Positions 1-11,893 of a DNA stretch of 64,000 nucleotides are shown here, piece by piece. Made by a program: the position numbers and the translations under genes. Below the pieces are notes generated by a model. That model ran no database searches, was not told where the DNA came from, and worked only from the letters and a program-made list of their open reading frames with translations. Origin of the DNA: Raillietiella orientalis. Taxonomy: Eukaryota. Each line of letters opens with the position of its first letter. Within the stretch, counting starts at the first letter, position 1. Location of the stretch: NCBI GenBank assembly GCA_036172245.1, contig JAYWIR010000040.1, positions 1,736,001 through 1,800,000 of the forward strand. Direction: 5' to 3'.

Positions 1-3000
1 CCCTCCGCAAAAACGAGGAGGGTCTTCGGGGAGGCGATTTTTCGCCTCCTCCCCCTTTCTGTAATTTGCTTACCTAATTTCCGAAGCGAGGCCCTTTCCA
101 ATTTATCTACGGGAGGAGGCCAAACAAAGCAGTTCGCATTCTTAATCTGAATAACATCGCGATTCATAATTCATCATCTTTCAGTAGACCGGAGAGAACG
201 AGAATTTTTTAAACTGCAATTAAACGGATGGATTGGCGAAAGAGTTCCTGCGTTCGGGGAATTCTTCGAAATTTGCTGCACGTTCCCGTGTACGGAGCAG
301 CAGCGGAGTCAAAGTAAACAACGACAGCAGCACCAGGAAGAGCATTTGATCAATTGTAGGACATGCGGGCAGATGCAGTGCGGCGCATAGCCAAAAGAAC
401 GCTGCTTCTGGTAAACAGATCGCTCGACGGCCGCAAACATCGTGCTTCAGCCTACTCGGATCGATTTTGCGAAATCGACGGCGTGCACCACCGGATGAAC
501 ATGCATGAGCGGCTCGCCGGGATTCCAGGAAAACGTCATTATTCGCAGAGAAGAAAAAAAAAATGTCACGGAGGCACCCTGCCATGGTGGTTTTCGGTGC
601 GCAGAACGGTCCGAAGAGCTTTGCCGACCACGGCACCACTACGTACTCCACAGCCAAGTGCGGCAGACCCTTCTTTTGGATTACACGCGACGGGGCCGAT
701 TTCCGTGCCTCCACCACAACGGCTTCCCCTCGTCCCAGCGGCGATTCCTGTTTCTCCACCTGAGGGCGATGGTAACACTGGATCCTTGCTATCCGGTGCT
801 CGCAGGTGCGGTATCGAGCCGCACTGTTTGGAGGGAACGTGGCCGAATCGGAATACGCTCGTAACAGCGGCATTTCATTGGCTCGCGTTCGAGGGAGATC
901 ATTGTTGCTCGAGAATAAGCGACGCAGCATGGCGTCCACCTCCGCGACGCAGGGTAGCAAAAATCAAAAGCAAATTACTTTGCCTCCTCCCCCCTTCTTC
1001 TTTCTTCTTTTTTTGTGTTGCTATTATTTGAAGAAAAAGAAGAAAAAAATGCGCAAGACACAGTGGATACAGGAGATGGAAATGAACACAATTCGAACCC
1101 AATTTTCGTATCGCTTGAAGCGGAATAAATTTGAGCAACGTGCCTCAAAATCAACAGTGAGTTGTTGCTCGAAAAGAGGCAAGACACGAAGTATTATTAG
1201 TTCCTGACGACGGCGAAAGATAATTAATTTTCCTGGATGAGGCCATTGTAAGTGCACCAACGTAAGTGAGCCAAAAGTCGAATGGGAATGAGATCCTCCA
1301 TTCCCTCCAACCTGAAAGAAAGTTGGAAAACAACTCATCCAGGCGATTAGAATAAGCGAATATGTGCCGTGTGCTGCAGCCGTGAACAAGGAAGAAGCAC
1401 GCTTTAAAGGGGCTGAGAAGCAGGCGCGTCGGGAGGGCACAAATCCTCCCTGAGTAAAGAAAAAGAATCGCCGGTGCTGGAGGTTTTGGATTCACGAATT
1501 CAAGGAAAGAAGCCAAAATGGTGGTCGTGGCGTCGAAGCAGAGCACGAGAGATTTTCAACTCTCAGTACTCGAAGTCTCCGCTGAACTTGCTCAAGAGAA
1601 AAGGAATGCCGCCATCCTCCCGCTGAAAGCCTCACCCTCGTCTCGGAGAACCTTGCGCCAGCGCGTGGGAACACCGGAACGATCGAAGCCGAACTCAGTG
1701 GTTTGTATTCCTTGGTGGTGCCTCTTTGCGAGTACCCTAGCTTGCGAACAGGTCAGAGGTCTGAAGGCTCTCAGGTCGGGTCACCTCGCAGCACGACCGC
1801 CCCTAGGTGGCCAGTGACCGTTGCTGAGAACTCGCAGCAACTTGCCTCCCATTGCCTGCGGGGTTCGGTCGGTGGAGGGAGCGGTCCCGGGGCAGACTTT
1901 CCCTCGGAGGACTCCAGAGAATGCCAGAACCACCTCTCTGCGGAGGGCGTCTCCCGCCCCGATCGCCGGACATCCGTCCGCGGATCGCGCGTAGATCACG
2001 CAGCTAGCGACGAGGTCAGCCGTGCAGTTTCCTTTTCTTGCTTGACCCCGGGAGAGGCAGCCGGCTCCGGAGCACGTGGAGAGCGACTCTCTGGGGCTGG
2101 GATTCGCCCTCATCCCGGCGCGGCTGCTACCTGCCACCTCCCCTCGATTCGCTCGGCTGGCCTTCAGAATTTCGCGTGCCAAACCCGTCGGGGAGCTCTC
2201 GTCTGCCGGAGGATGGTGGAAATCCCCATGCTTTTTGTGTCCCGGAATCGCGCGGGCACGTAGGAGGGAGTGGGCTCTCACAGCGGGCTCGCAGACACCT
2301 CGTGCATACGCGATGGCGGGTCGGCGTCCGTCTCGTCGCGGCGGCGGCAGCAGAAGCGGAGGAGGAGCGCCGCTGCCGCCGGGTGTCCGGCACCGAGCAC
2401 CCCGTCTGGCGCATCCCCCACCCGGAGCGGGGAGACGTGGCCGGCCTCGCGTCGGCTGCGCGAGCACCACGGTAGCATCACGGCGGAGTTCGCGGTGGCG
2501 AAGCGCGGCTGTCTCCAGCCCGTGGTCCCATCTCGAGGAGGAGGAGGAGACTGTGCGTGGTCTCGGGGGCTAGGCGTAGGAATTGTGCGTTAGGCGTACG
2601 GGGAGGGCTGCTTCCCCCTCCCCCTTCCTTCTTCCTCCTCCTCGGTCCACTCCCCATTTCACCCAGGACTGCTCGTTTCCAGTCCGCTCGACGGGCAGGC
2701 TTTCGCAGCAGCATGGGACGCGAAGAGTCGTCCAGTCGTGGGCCCCGCGAGACGCGCTCGGGAACGCTAGGGCGATCTCCACGAATGCTCTCCTTTCTCT
2801 CCCTCTTCCTCTCACCCTGCTGTTCCGATTCCCGAGTTCACAACAGCGAACACCACATGCTCGAAGGAGGGAAGGAAGGAAGGAGATAAAAGCTGTTGCT
2901 TAGCACGCTCCCAGGTCCATGTGAGCGTTCCAGTGTAGGTTCCAGATTCTCCAGCGCGATGAAGGTCCATCGATCTGGCAAACCTGAGTCGCCTACCGCC

Positions 3001-3999
3001 CTCCCGGGCTGTCTGAGGACGAAGCGGAGTTTTAATTTAATAACTGCAGAGCGATTCGCGGACAGTGTGCAGATATCTCGGAAGTTGTACGAGGATCAAA
3101 GGTTAAAGATGAGGAGGGGGGGTCCAATGGCAAATGGGATTAACGGAGTCCCAAGGGGAGAGTTACTGCCGTCGTCAAGCATACGAACTGAACCGGACGC
3201 ACCCTGGTCAGTGGCTCCGAAGGGAATCTCAAAGGCCCGAAGCCGGCGACCGCTTTCCAGAGGTTCCCAGAAGTTCCCTTGGCAACCGCCGCAGCGGGGG
3301 AGCGGAAAGGCGTGTGCACGGGGAAAGAAGGCAAACTAACCCGGAAAAGAAGGAAACCTTTCGCTATCCTATAGGGAGAAACGGGAGGCGACTATCCGCT
3401 TCTTGTCCTAGATCCACAGGGAAAACCCGGCAGGTCCACAGGCCACCAGGACACGGCTCTCAACAGGAGCGTCGGGAACGACGCTCTCCCCTCATCCCAG
3501 CTTCTCGAACACGTCCTTTTGAGAAGGAAGGGAAGAGAGAAAGAGGAGGGTGCAGTTTCCGGTTTCTCGTTCGCCATTCCCATCGACCCTGACTCCAGCG
3601 GTGGTGAGACCGCTCTAGACGCCCCTCAGTAGGGAGGCAACTCCCTTCGTCGCGTCGGAGGAACAGGAACGAAGCGTTTCTAGAAGACCTGGAAGGGATA
3701 TGGGAAGGGAAAGGGATCATTCGCCCACAGATCCAGCCTTTCCTGGGGAAGATGCCAGCATCAGTGGCACAGTGTGGCGACCCATGGGAGGCTACATGCG
3801 TGCGTCGCATCTCCGTGAGCCGCCGCTGCTTCTCTCAAGGTAGCAGGAGAACGTTGCTCTCCCCAACCCCATTAAGACGAACTGCCGGTCGCCGGGGGAG
3901 CTTATCCGATTGAGTTGCCGTGAGTCTGGATGTACGCTCCCCATCCGCCTACGTGGAGACCCCCCGGAACAGTCTCCATCCGGAGGGGCGGGAGGAGTC

Positions 4000-5650
4000 A
4001 TTTCGGTCGGCATCCGCGGAGGCTGCAGGAGCACCCTGTCACGAAGGACGAGGAGGAAGAAGGACTAAGCGGGTCGAGGACCGGGAGGAAGCTGGGAGGA
4101 GGGCTCAAGCCGGAAAAAGGTCGCACCGGTCGGAGACTCGGGACCACGCCGGAATCCGTCGGTGCGAAAGGACCGCGTCGATCACTCGCAGGCCGGGAAG
4201 GGGGATGTGCTGCTGCTCCCGACGGAGCGCTTCGGGCATGCTGCCACCACGTTTCGACCTTTCCGGGAAGGTCACGGATCGCTGCGCCATCTCGTTCCTC
4301 CGATGCCGTCTCTGCCACTGCGACAGATTCCTGGCGTTGGCATGATCCACCGCCGCAAGGGGGCTTTCGCGCGGCGGTGGACGAGCGCCGGCGATGCAAG
4401 CGCTCTGGAGACGGAGAGAGCCGGCCAGCTCTAGGCGATAGCCCGTCCGCTTCTTGCCAAACGTTTCTCCCTCCCATTCCTCATCCGCGAAGAACTTCGG
4501 CCCGAAGGAACTCGGGGCGGCGAGAAGCGCCTCCGCCACCCCAGTTCTGGGTTGACCCCATTGCGGTCGAGCGCATAAGGGAGAAGGAGGGAGCAGTGAA
4601 GACCAGCAAGATCCTAGAGAAAGCATCGGGAGCGTGCCTCTTTGCAGAGGATCCATTCGGGAAGAGGAGCGACCTCGCCATCGGCGGCTCGAGATTGCCC
4701 GATCCGCTCCTTTCCCGGCACTCTCAGCGCTGCCTTCCGCGCAAATTCCCAGTGCCACGAAGAGTCACTGCTCTACGGTCACGAAGGCGGGAGGAAAGCA
4801 GAATGTTCCCACCCGGGCGTGCGAGAGGAGGAGGTCCATGTTAGGGGAGCTCCGATCACACCGTCCGAGGAGGTCACTAACTCCAGACTTTCGGCTGCAG
4901 CGCCAGAACCGGAGAGTCCCTTTTATCTCCGGCCCTGCGTGCTCTTCTCCGGCATCCCCGAGATGCTGTAGGAGTTCCGGAATGGGGAGAAGGGGTGTGC
5001 AAGAGGAAGGTCCAGGACGAACGGACGCTGCATCTGCGCGAAGACGACGACGGCTCGTCACCAGGATGCTTGGAGAATCCGACTGCGCCGTTGGCGGCTT
5101 TCTCGAGCCATAAGTGGCCACGTCGACGTAAACCACCCCTCTGGGGGTTTTACATGCCCGGCACCGAGCGGCGGCGCCATCATCGGACAGGTGCGCCCTC
5201 GACCGTACCGTCCTCAATCCCAGAAACCCGAGGTCCCCCCACCGCCCTGCTGATAGGGACGAATTCTGGGGAACGAAAGGGTGTCTCGCTGGGGTTCACC
5301 CCACAAGCGGGAAGAAGAAGCCGTTCTCCTACGGCATGTGCAGGCAGCTGGCGAATCATCGCTGCAGTCATAAACTTTTCCCCTCTCCTCTCTTCCATCT
5401 CGGGGGTGTAGCCTCCGCGATACCGGTGCGCCTGTTGCGTCCCGACGTTCTCCACGTCGCATCCAGCTCCGGCCTCTTCCGCTCTGGTCTCAAGAAACCC
5501 CAGGAGGCGGAGGATCGCGTTCTCCCGGAGTGGGGGTTGGGAGAAGAGCGTGCGTCTCGATCCCGAGAAAGATGTGCGCTTTCCCTCTTCATCGATTCCG
5601 GGTGCCCTCAGCTGGACCCGGTCTCGCCCGCGAAACGAGTTCCCTTCCTC
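4000..5650 (-). mobile_element. Decayed L1/Tx1-type LINE ORF2 (RT region) relic
   Basis: Minus-strand frames give eroded RT-like motifs in the expected order: APGIDE (cf. KAPGPDG), GVVYVDVAT (cf. LxLDxEKAFD), SVRPGPSSCTPLL (cf. GVRQGCPLSPLL), ALGI (cf. YLGI), then post-RT-like text; many frameshifts. Boundaries approximate. Confidence 0.45.
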
Positions 5651-6059
5651 CATCGTCTCATAGCCCTCTGCACTTCTGCTCTCGCGCCACGCTGCGTCCC
5701 GGTAAGGAAGTATGCCGGGTCTCATTCCCTGGATTGGGTGATGGGATGCAAATGACTGCTGCGAGAGCTTCCGCCAGGAATCGCCGTCGCCGCCGAGCTC
5801 CCGCTCGGCTTCGAGCCCCCTTTGCAATTACCGGCGTTCCGTGTCGCTGCCCTCGGGGGGCGCGTTGGCATGAAAATCCCTTCCTCCGTTGACCGTGAGG
5901 CCGAACATCCCTGTTGGTTATCGAAGTTTCCCTTCCGGCTAGTTTCCGCCGCGGCGAACTCGCCGCCGCCTCAACTGAACCTCTCAGACGGTCCGAGGTC
6001 CTCGGCTGCTGCTCTTGCCGGTAGCTTTCTTAGCCTCTCGTTCTTCTGCCCGTGGGGAT

Positions 6060-6230
6060 AAGGAAGGGGAAAGGGGTGCGATACAGATCCCTCCGAAGCT
6101 GGGGCGAGGTGGAAGGCCAGAGTCCGCCACCGTGCCGACTGCCTCGGTTCACGTAACTCTGAGCAAGAAGTAGGTTTATTCCTCCGTAGAGGGCAAGGAG
6201 GGAGGGGGAGGAAGAAGGTGGTACAAGCAC
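6060..6230 (+). repeat. Repeat family A, partial internally deleted copy
   Basis: ccgtgccgactgcctcggt..actctg..ggaagaagg.ggtacaag matches 6900-6990. Confidence 0.75.
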
Positions 6231-6629
6231 AGATCAGGGAGGGCCGTTCGCCACCCTGTCTTTCGCCGGAGGAGAAAGGTCGGGGCAGTCACGTCTCCCC
6301 CTCTCTCGGCGATCGTGTGCCAGGAACGCTCCGAAAGGCCTCCAGAGGCGAGATCCACCGCCACAGGGCCTGGAGCCACGCTTCGGAACACTCGACCGAG
6401 AAGCGCCTACAGTAGCAGATCAGAAGAGCCGAATGAAGCGGCAACTCTCAGAATGGCTCAGCTGAACAGGCGGACGAGAGGCGGGCGGCGTTCCCCGTGC
6501 TGCGTGTGTTCCCAGCCCCGAGCACTCCCCTTCGATCCCTCCACTCGATAGACGAGCAAACTCAGGCGGCAGGCATTGAGTTCCTCCTTCGGGCCCGCAA
6601 TGAACGGAAGGGAGGAAAAGACATGTAGG

Positions 6630-6990
6630 TCTCTGACGTTACGGTGGAGCCGCCGACCACCAGCGAGCGTAAGGAAAAAGCAAAAAAGCAAAAAAAGGGG
6701 TGCGGGTAGAGAGGCGGGCAGGGTCGCCGGATATCGGTCCTTACGCAGCTTTCCAAGCCATGGTCTCCGTGACCTTCCTCGCTGCTAGGGTCAGGTGAGG
6801 AAGGCACTCCTCCTGCGCGGCTCTCGTGAAGCAGCATGGGGGAGGGGAAGGTAAGGTGGCTTCTCTCCGTCCCTCTGTCGCCGCTCGCTAGCCGCTGCTG
6901 CCGTGCCGACTGCCTCGGTCCACGCGACTCTGCGCAAGATGGCGGTTTCTTCTTCCGTGGAGGGGGGGGGGGGAAGAAGGCGGTACAAGG
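6630..6990 (+). repeat. Interspersed repeat family A, copy 1
   Basis: Aligns directly with 54280-54612 (shared ccgtgaccttcctcgctgctagggtcaggtgaggaaggca and ggtggcttctctccgtccctctgtcgccgctcgc). Confidence 0.9.
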
Positions 6991-9900
6991 GCCAACATTT
7001 CCAGTCCATTAGCAAGGGATGGAAAGTAAGAACACCGGGAACTCCAGGTTCGTGCCTCCGGGTCCGCTCCCGGCTCTCTTCGATGCCCGAGGAGGCGGCG
7101 CCTGTTGCTACGCGACCCTCCTCCCACTGTCGACTCCTCTTTCCTGTCCGAGAGTCCCTCTCTCCCGTCCACCGGTATCTCTGCTCCGCCTGCAAGGCGC
7201 AGCGGCGCGCCTCCCGTCCCCGTCACCAAACGTCTCCGCCCGCAGGGCGCTGCCTTTTGAGGGAGTACCCGGAGACCTTCTCCTTTCTCCCCTTTTTCAA
7301 CATCCCTTCCCGCTCGCCGCTCTCCACGTCCACAGGTTCGGACTCGTCGAAACGATTGTCCACTTAGGCATGAACGCCCGTTCGTCTGCGGGAGGCTTTG
7401 GCCACCCACGATCAGGGCGCAAACTCGGGGACTCTTTAGGACGCTTGAAGAGTCCACTCTCGTCCTGCTTTCACCACCTCCTCCCCTCCTCCAATCAGCT
7501 TCTTGGAGCATTCCAAACGAACGCCTGCAAGAACCTTCGCTTCCACGGGAACGCCTCCCTTGTCCCATGGAGACCATTGGCGAGGAAACCGTTTCCGGGT
7601 AGTGCTTGGCTTTCCCGGATCGCGGCTACGTAGAGTCTCTTGCCCCTCAAACGGGTCATTGCCTCAGCTCCTTCCTTCTCTCCTGCGGAACTAAGGCAGC
7701 GCTCACTGCGTCTTATCGAGGGTCCCTCCCGATAGCCCCTTGTCATATCCCCTTCGAGACACCTTTCCATTCGGGATGCATGAGATCTTTGCTGGTAGAG
7801 CCTCTGATCTCGACTCCATCTTCCCCATCGGGCAACGAGGTACAAAGCGTGAATGGCCGAGGGCGAAAGGTCGAACCGGGTCCTGAAGAGACGACGGGAT
7901 CATATCTTCCTTTCTGCCTCCGCTCAGGGTCTCCGAGAGATGGGACGGGGGCCGAGGCGCGTCTCTCCGGGGGAGAGGAGAAAGGGAAGGGGGGGGCATC
8001 CGGCCAGCGGATGAGATCGGACATCCGGCTCTCTCAGGCTCGTCTGCGCCCATCGCGCTGGCGAGGGCATCAGGCTGCCGATTGGGCAAGGGCGCGGCCT
8101 GGAGCAAGGTGCCTCAGGGTACGCAGGCCGCTCGTCCTGCTCCTGTCTCCACGCATCCCCCCTTGCCTTCCCAGATTCCTCCCCGGCTTCTCGTGCCGGC
8201 TGCCAAGCGCCAGCCCCTCGCCGGCACGCTTTCCGTGCCTCCTCCCTCTTCGGCCAGCACTGCCCTTCGCGTTGGCCGCGTCCCAAATCGCTCCCTCGGC
8301 AGCGCCGTCGCCACCGCGTGGAGAAACGCAGCGCCAGCACCTTGAGGGGGAGGGGGAGGAGAATGGCTGGGAAACTCCGCTTCCGTCTGGAACGCACGAG
8401 AGGGCGCTTCCGAGGTCTGCACCATCTGGCAGGAATGTCCCTCCCTCTTCCGTCCGCCCCCGCTCCGCTCAGGATCAATGCGCCCCAGCGTTGAGGGGAA
8501 AAGTTCTCGAGGGGAGTCCTGGGTCGTTCGGAAGGACCAGCGGACCCAGTAACCAGCTATTTTCCGGTTCTGGACCTCCCATGATGCTGAGAGAGTCGTC
8601 CTCGTTCTCCAATGATCTCTGTCGACCCTGGGTCGCCTTTCGGCAGGCGGACTTGACGAGGCTGCAGCCGGATTCACCGACTGAAGCCTCCGCGAGGCGG
8701 CGGCAGGCCGTACCACGAGCGGAGCTCTTCCTCAACGTAACCCCGTGACCAAAGGGAAGGGGAGGATACTCGGTGCCTGAGCTCGGGTCGTCCCCTCCTC
8801 CAGCCTCGTCCTAGAGCTTCCCGCGTCTCCCGCTGGTCGGTGGGGGAGCGCGTGGCAAGGAGGAGAGTCCCGCGCTCCCTGCACCCGCGGTCGGGCCCCG
8901 GACGCTTCCCGAGCGGGTATCGGCAGCCGGCTTCGGTGGAGGAAGGGGGAATAGACACGCTCACCGGCCGGCCCTTTGCCAGGATAGGGATGCGACGCCT
9001 TGGGGGCTGCATCCCCATCTCTTGCCTCTCCGACTGGAAGTGGCTTGCGCGCAGGATGATTCCTCCGACTTCTTCTTCCTGTCGGGAGGTCTCCGGGGAA
9101 GCCCTCAGGTGGGGGTCTTGGAGCTTGCCTTCCCTTCGGAAACGGAAGTCATTCCCCTTCACGGACGAACGGGCGCAGCGCGGTCCGCCAAGAAGCGCAG
9201 CTCCCCGAAGCCTCTTCCGAAGCGGGAGGGACCGCCGGGAACTGGCGAGGAGGGGATAGAGGAAGCTCTGGAAGCAGCCGATAACGACACTCGCGTAGCC
9301 TTCCCGGAGAGCTCCCAGGGAATCCTCGCGGCAGCAGGGGTGCCAATCCCCAGGGGGGAAACCCAACCCGAGAAATACGGTCCTGCTTCGTTTCTCTTAT
9401 TTGGAATCTTCTCCACCTTTTCGGGAAACCCTGACCCAGCCCCAAGCCCCCCTTTCCCCGAGCCCGCTCCTTCCTCAGCAGCCCCCAGCAGCATCCTCTG
9501 CGTTGTCCCTACGTATGGCTGTGACCCCACCCTCTTCGAGTCCCCTGAGCTGCCTCGCGCCAAACTGCGCGGCCGTTCCTCGCGAGCAAGGCGCTCTTGG
9601 ACCGACCCCTGCGGAGAAAGGGAGGAAGGGGCGCGCTCGCTGGAGGCAATGGAAGCCATCACCATCGGGAGAAACGCGCCTGAATCATCACGCCTTCGCT
9701 AACGCGTGCGCGCCATAAGACGAGGCGTGGTGTACCTTGGCTCCTCCGTTCCTCTGCTCTTCCGTTGCTCGAAGACTGCTGTCTGGCGTTGGCGTCAATG
9801 CTTCCTCCTCGGACCTCGTGCTTGGGACCCCCGGGCAGCGGCCTGCTCCCTTCAGAGTGTGCCGGTGACACCAGATGCCGGGAAGGACGGCTGCACTCTT

Positions 9901-11717
9901 CGCCGCTGTAGGTCGCTTTCCTCGTCGAGAGTCCAATATCCGCCCTGGAGCAGGGAAGGGCCTGACTCCTGCGCATGCGTCTCGTCTCTGTTTCCGTGTT
10001 CCTGATTGTCGCTGCCCTCCTATTATTCATACGGGCCTCAGGGGGACCAGCGGATACATCTGGGAGTTCTCCCTTCCAGATCTCCGAAGAGACAGCAGCG
10101 TCTGTTCCCTGCTACAGCAGCGCGCGCTCTCCGGAGAAGAGCGCTCTTGCGCACTCCCCATGTGCGGCATCGCTGTCCGCCTTCTCAGGTGGACAGCACT
10201 GTCGCATGTGAGGTAGAACTAGCGAACTGGAGCAGGTCGTTAAGCACGTGGCACGCTTTCGCGGTCCGTTCGCCGCCCATCGAGAGGGATAACCGGTACC
10301 CCGCGCGCTGAGTGGGGAAGAATAGGAGCGAGGACGACCTCCCAGGAGTCCGTCCTGAGTCCCGCTTCCCGGCATCGTTGGAACCAGAATCCGGAGGATG
10401 TGGCGAACTGCGCTGCTACCACGCACCACCAGTTCGCCAAGCGTGCGCGATCGGATTTGATGGTTCGAAATTTTAGGGCCCCTCGAGGAATTTTCCCTCT
10501 GGGATCCATCACGCTCCCGGAATCCCGCTGTGCTTCCTGATTTTTTTCAATGGGGAAAACTATCCCCAATCAGGGCATCAGGGAATGCAGATGAGGGTCC
10601 TGGAAGACGAACCCTGAACAAATCCTTGTCGCGTGGTTCGGGCAACGTGCCTTCGAGCTCCGAGCCGGTTCAGATGATCGGCGTGACTTGCAAACTGAGA
10701 GTTCGCGTTACCCAGAAGTCCGCCTCATCCGCACCGGCATCCATACCTCTCCTTCCTTCCCACAGAGCAGAACCCGTAGTAAGGAGGAGAAAAAAAACAA
10801 AACAAAACAATGAAAGGGTGAATGAGAATCGCTCGAATACGTTCTTCTCTTGCATCCCCGTTGCCATGGCTTCTCCTTCGTCTCCTGCTCGTGCCGTCCT
10901 CCACGTGATGACGGGACACAGTCCCCGTGCGCCCTTGCTAGGGGACCACCGTTAAGTAACGAGCTCTCAAGTTTTCCGGCGGCTCGGCAGCAAACTGCAT
11001 CATCATCCCATGGGAACTCAGTGGAGTGGGGCCGGCGCTAAGGCTTAGCAGTCACGTTGATTCCTAGTCAAGACTCAAGATGTAACGGAAAAGAATCGGA
11101 GACGGAGAGAATTCCATCGCAAATCGATAAGATGCAGCTGCCCTTCAGAAATTGAAAACCTGATGGTTACTGCATTGGATTATACTGGCTGATTGAATTA
11201 CCAGTAAGCCGGAACCCATTGAGAATAAAAAAGAATTTTAAATTAGTGTTCCCGATCCACTTTTTCGGGAAATGTGGGGTGGACAGCCAAAAAAATCTTC
11301 CCGAATCACAAAACTGATAATTTCGGAAAAAGTCAAAGAGATGAAGCGCTCGCTGAGGGGATTGTCGATTCAGTGCCCATTAGAACCAAAGTGATTTTCG
11401 TCCGGCCGTAAAAATAAACCCTTAAGCTGTGAGCACTCGAGTTTTTGCTAAAACACAGATGTGTGTGTGCGTACACGCATATACACAGTTTCCCAGTCCG
11501 ACGCTCTGGCAATCACGAAAGACAATCGTCTGCAGACGACTTGCTCACCGACTAGGGTGTTCTACTGAGTAGAGCAGCCGCTACCACACTGCGATCTTTT
11601 GAGACTAAACCCTTCTGGTCCAGGATTTTTGAATATGTATATATATATATGTATATCAGTGCGAATGGAAAGAGTTCCTTCCCCTGAATACCGACTGTAT
11701 ACTTTGTATCTTTCTAG

Positions 11718-11893
11718 TATCCTTCCTGGTGTTGCAATCGGCATTATTCTTCAACACCATCGGTAGTTACAACACAACGACTGAGAACTCCACGGATCCT
11801 TACTTCGATATGACTGGAATCGAGAACGTAACTTCCATGGCCGGGAAGACAGCTTACCTCAACTGCAGAGTTAAAAATCTTGGTAACAAAACA
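11718..11893 (+). CDS. dpr6-like: dpr-like exon A: hydrophobic N-terminal segment plus start of Ig1
   Basis: Acceptor tatctttctAG at 11716-17, donor GTAAG at 11894; encodes SFLVLQSALFF..DPYFDMTGIENVTSMAGKTAYLNCRVKNLGNKT. The 5' boundary is less certain (alternative in-frame AG at 11658-59). Confidence 0.88.

Noticed and set aside
220..960. Minus-strand ORF containing signal-peptide-like MLFLVLLSLFTLTPLLL
   Set aside because: Followed by a short tail with no domain and no supporting exon structure.
1781..2470. Possible APE endonuclease relic (HGDFH) on the minus strand, and weak RT-like text near 8.7-9.4 kb and 57.1 kb
   Set aside because: Single weak motifs, insufficient to annotate without a profile search.
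6770..6805. HDV-like ribozyme suggested by ccttcctcgctg
   Set aside because: The flanking bases do not form the P3 stem or the nested pseudoknot.
7606..8748. 380-aa ORF and similar long ORFs (14870-15814, 28579-29694, 33285-34421, 59539-60501)
   Set aside because: Arg/Pro/Ser/Gly-rich, no recognisable domains, open in several overlapping frames; expected by chance in GC-rich DNA.
11665..11766. ATG at 11665 as the dpr start codon
   Set aside because: Out of frame with the Ig domain and ends at TAG; it would need a frameshift or sequencing error.
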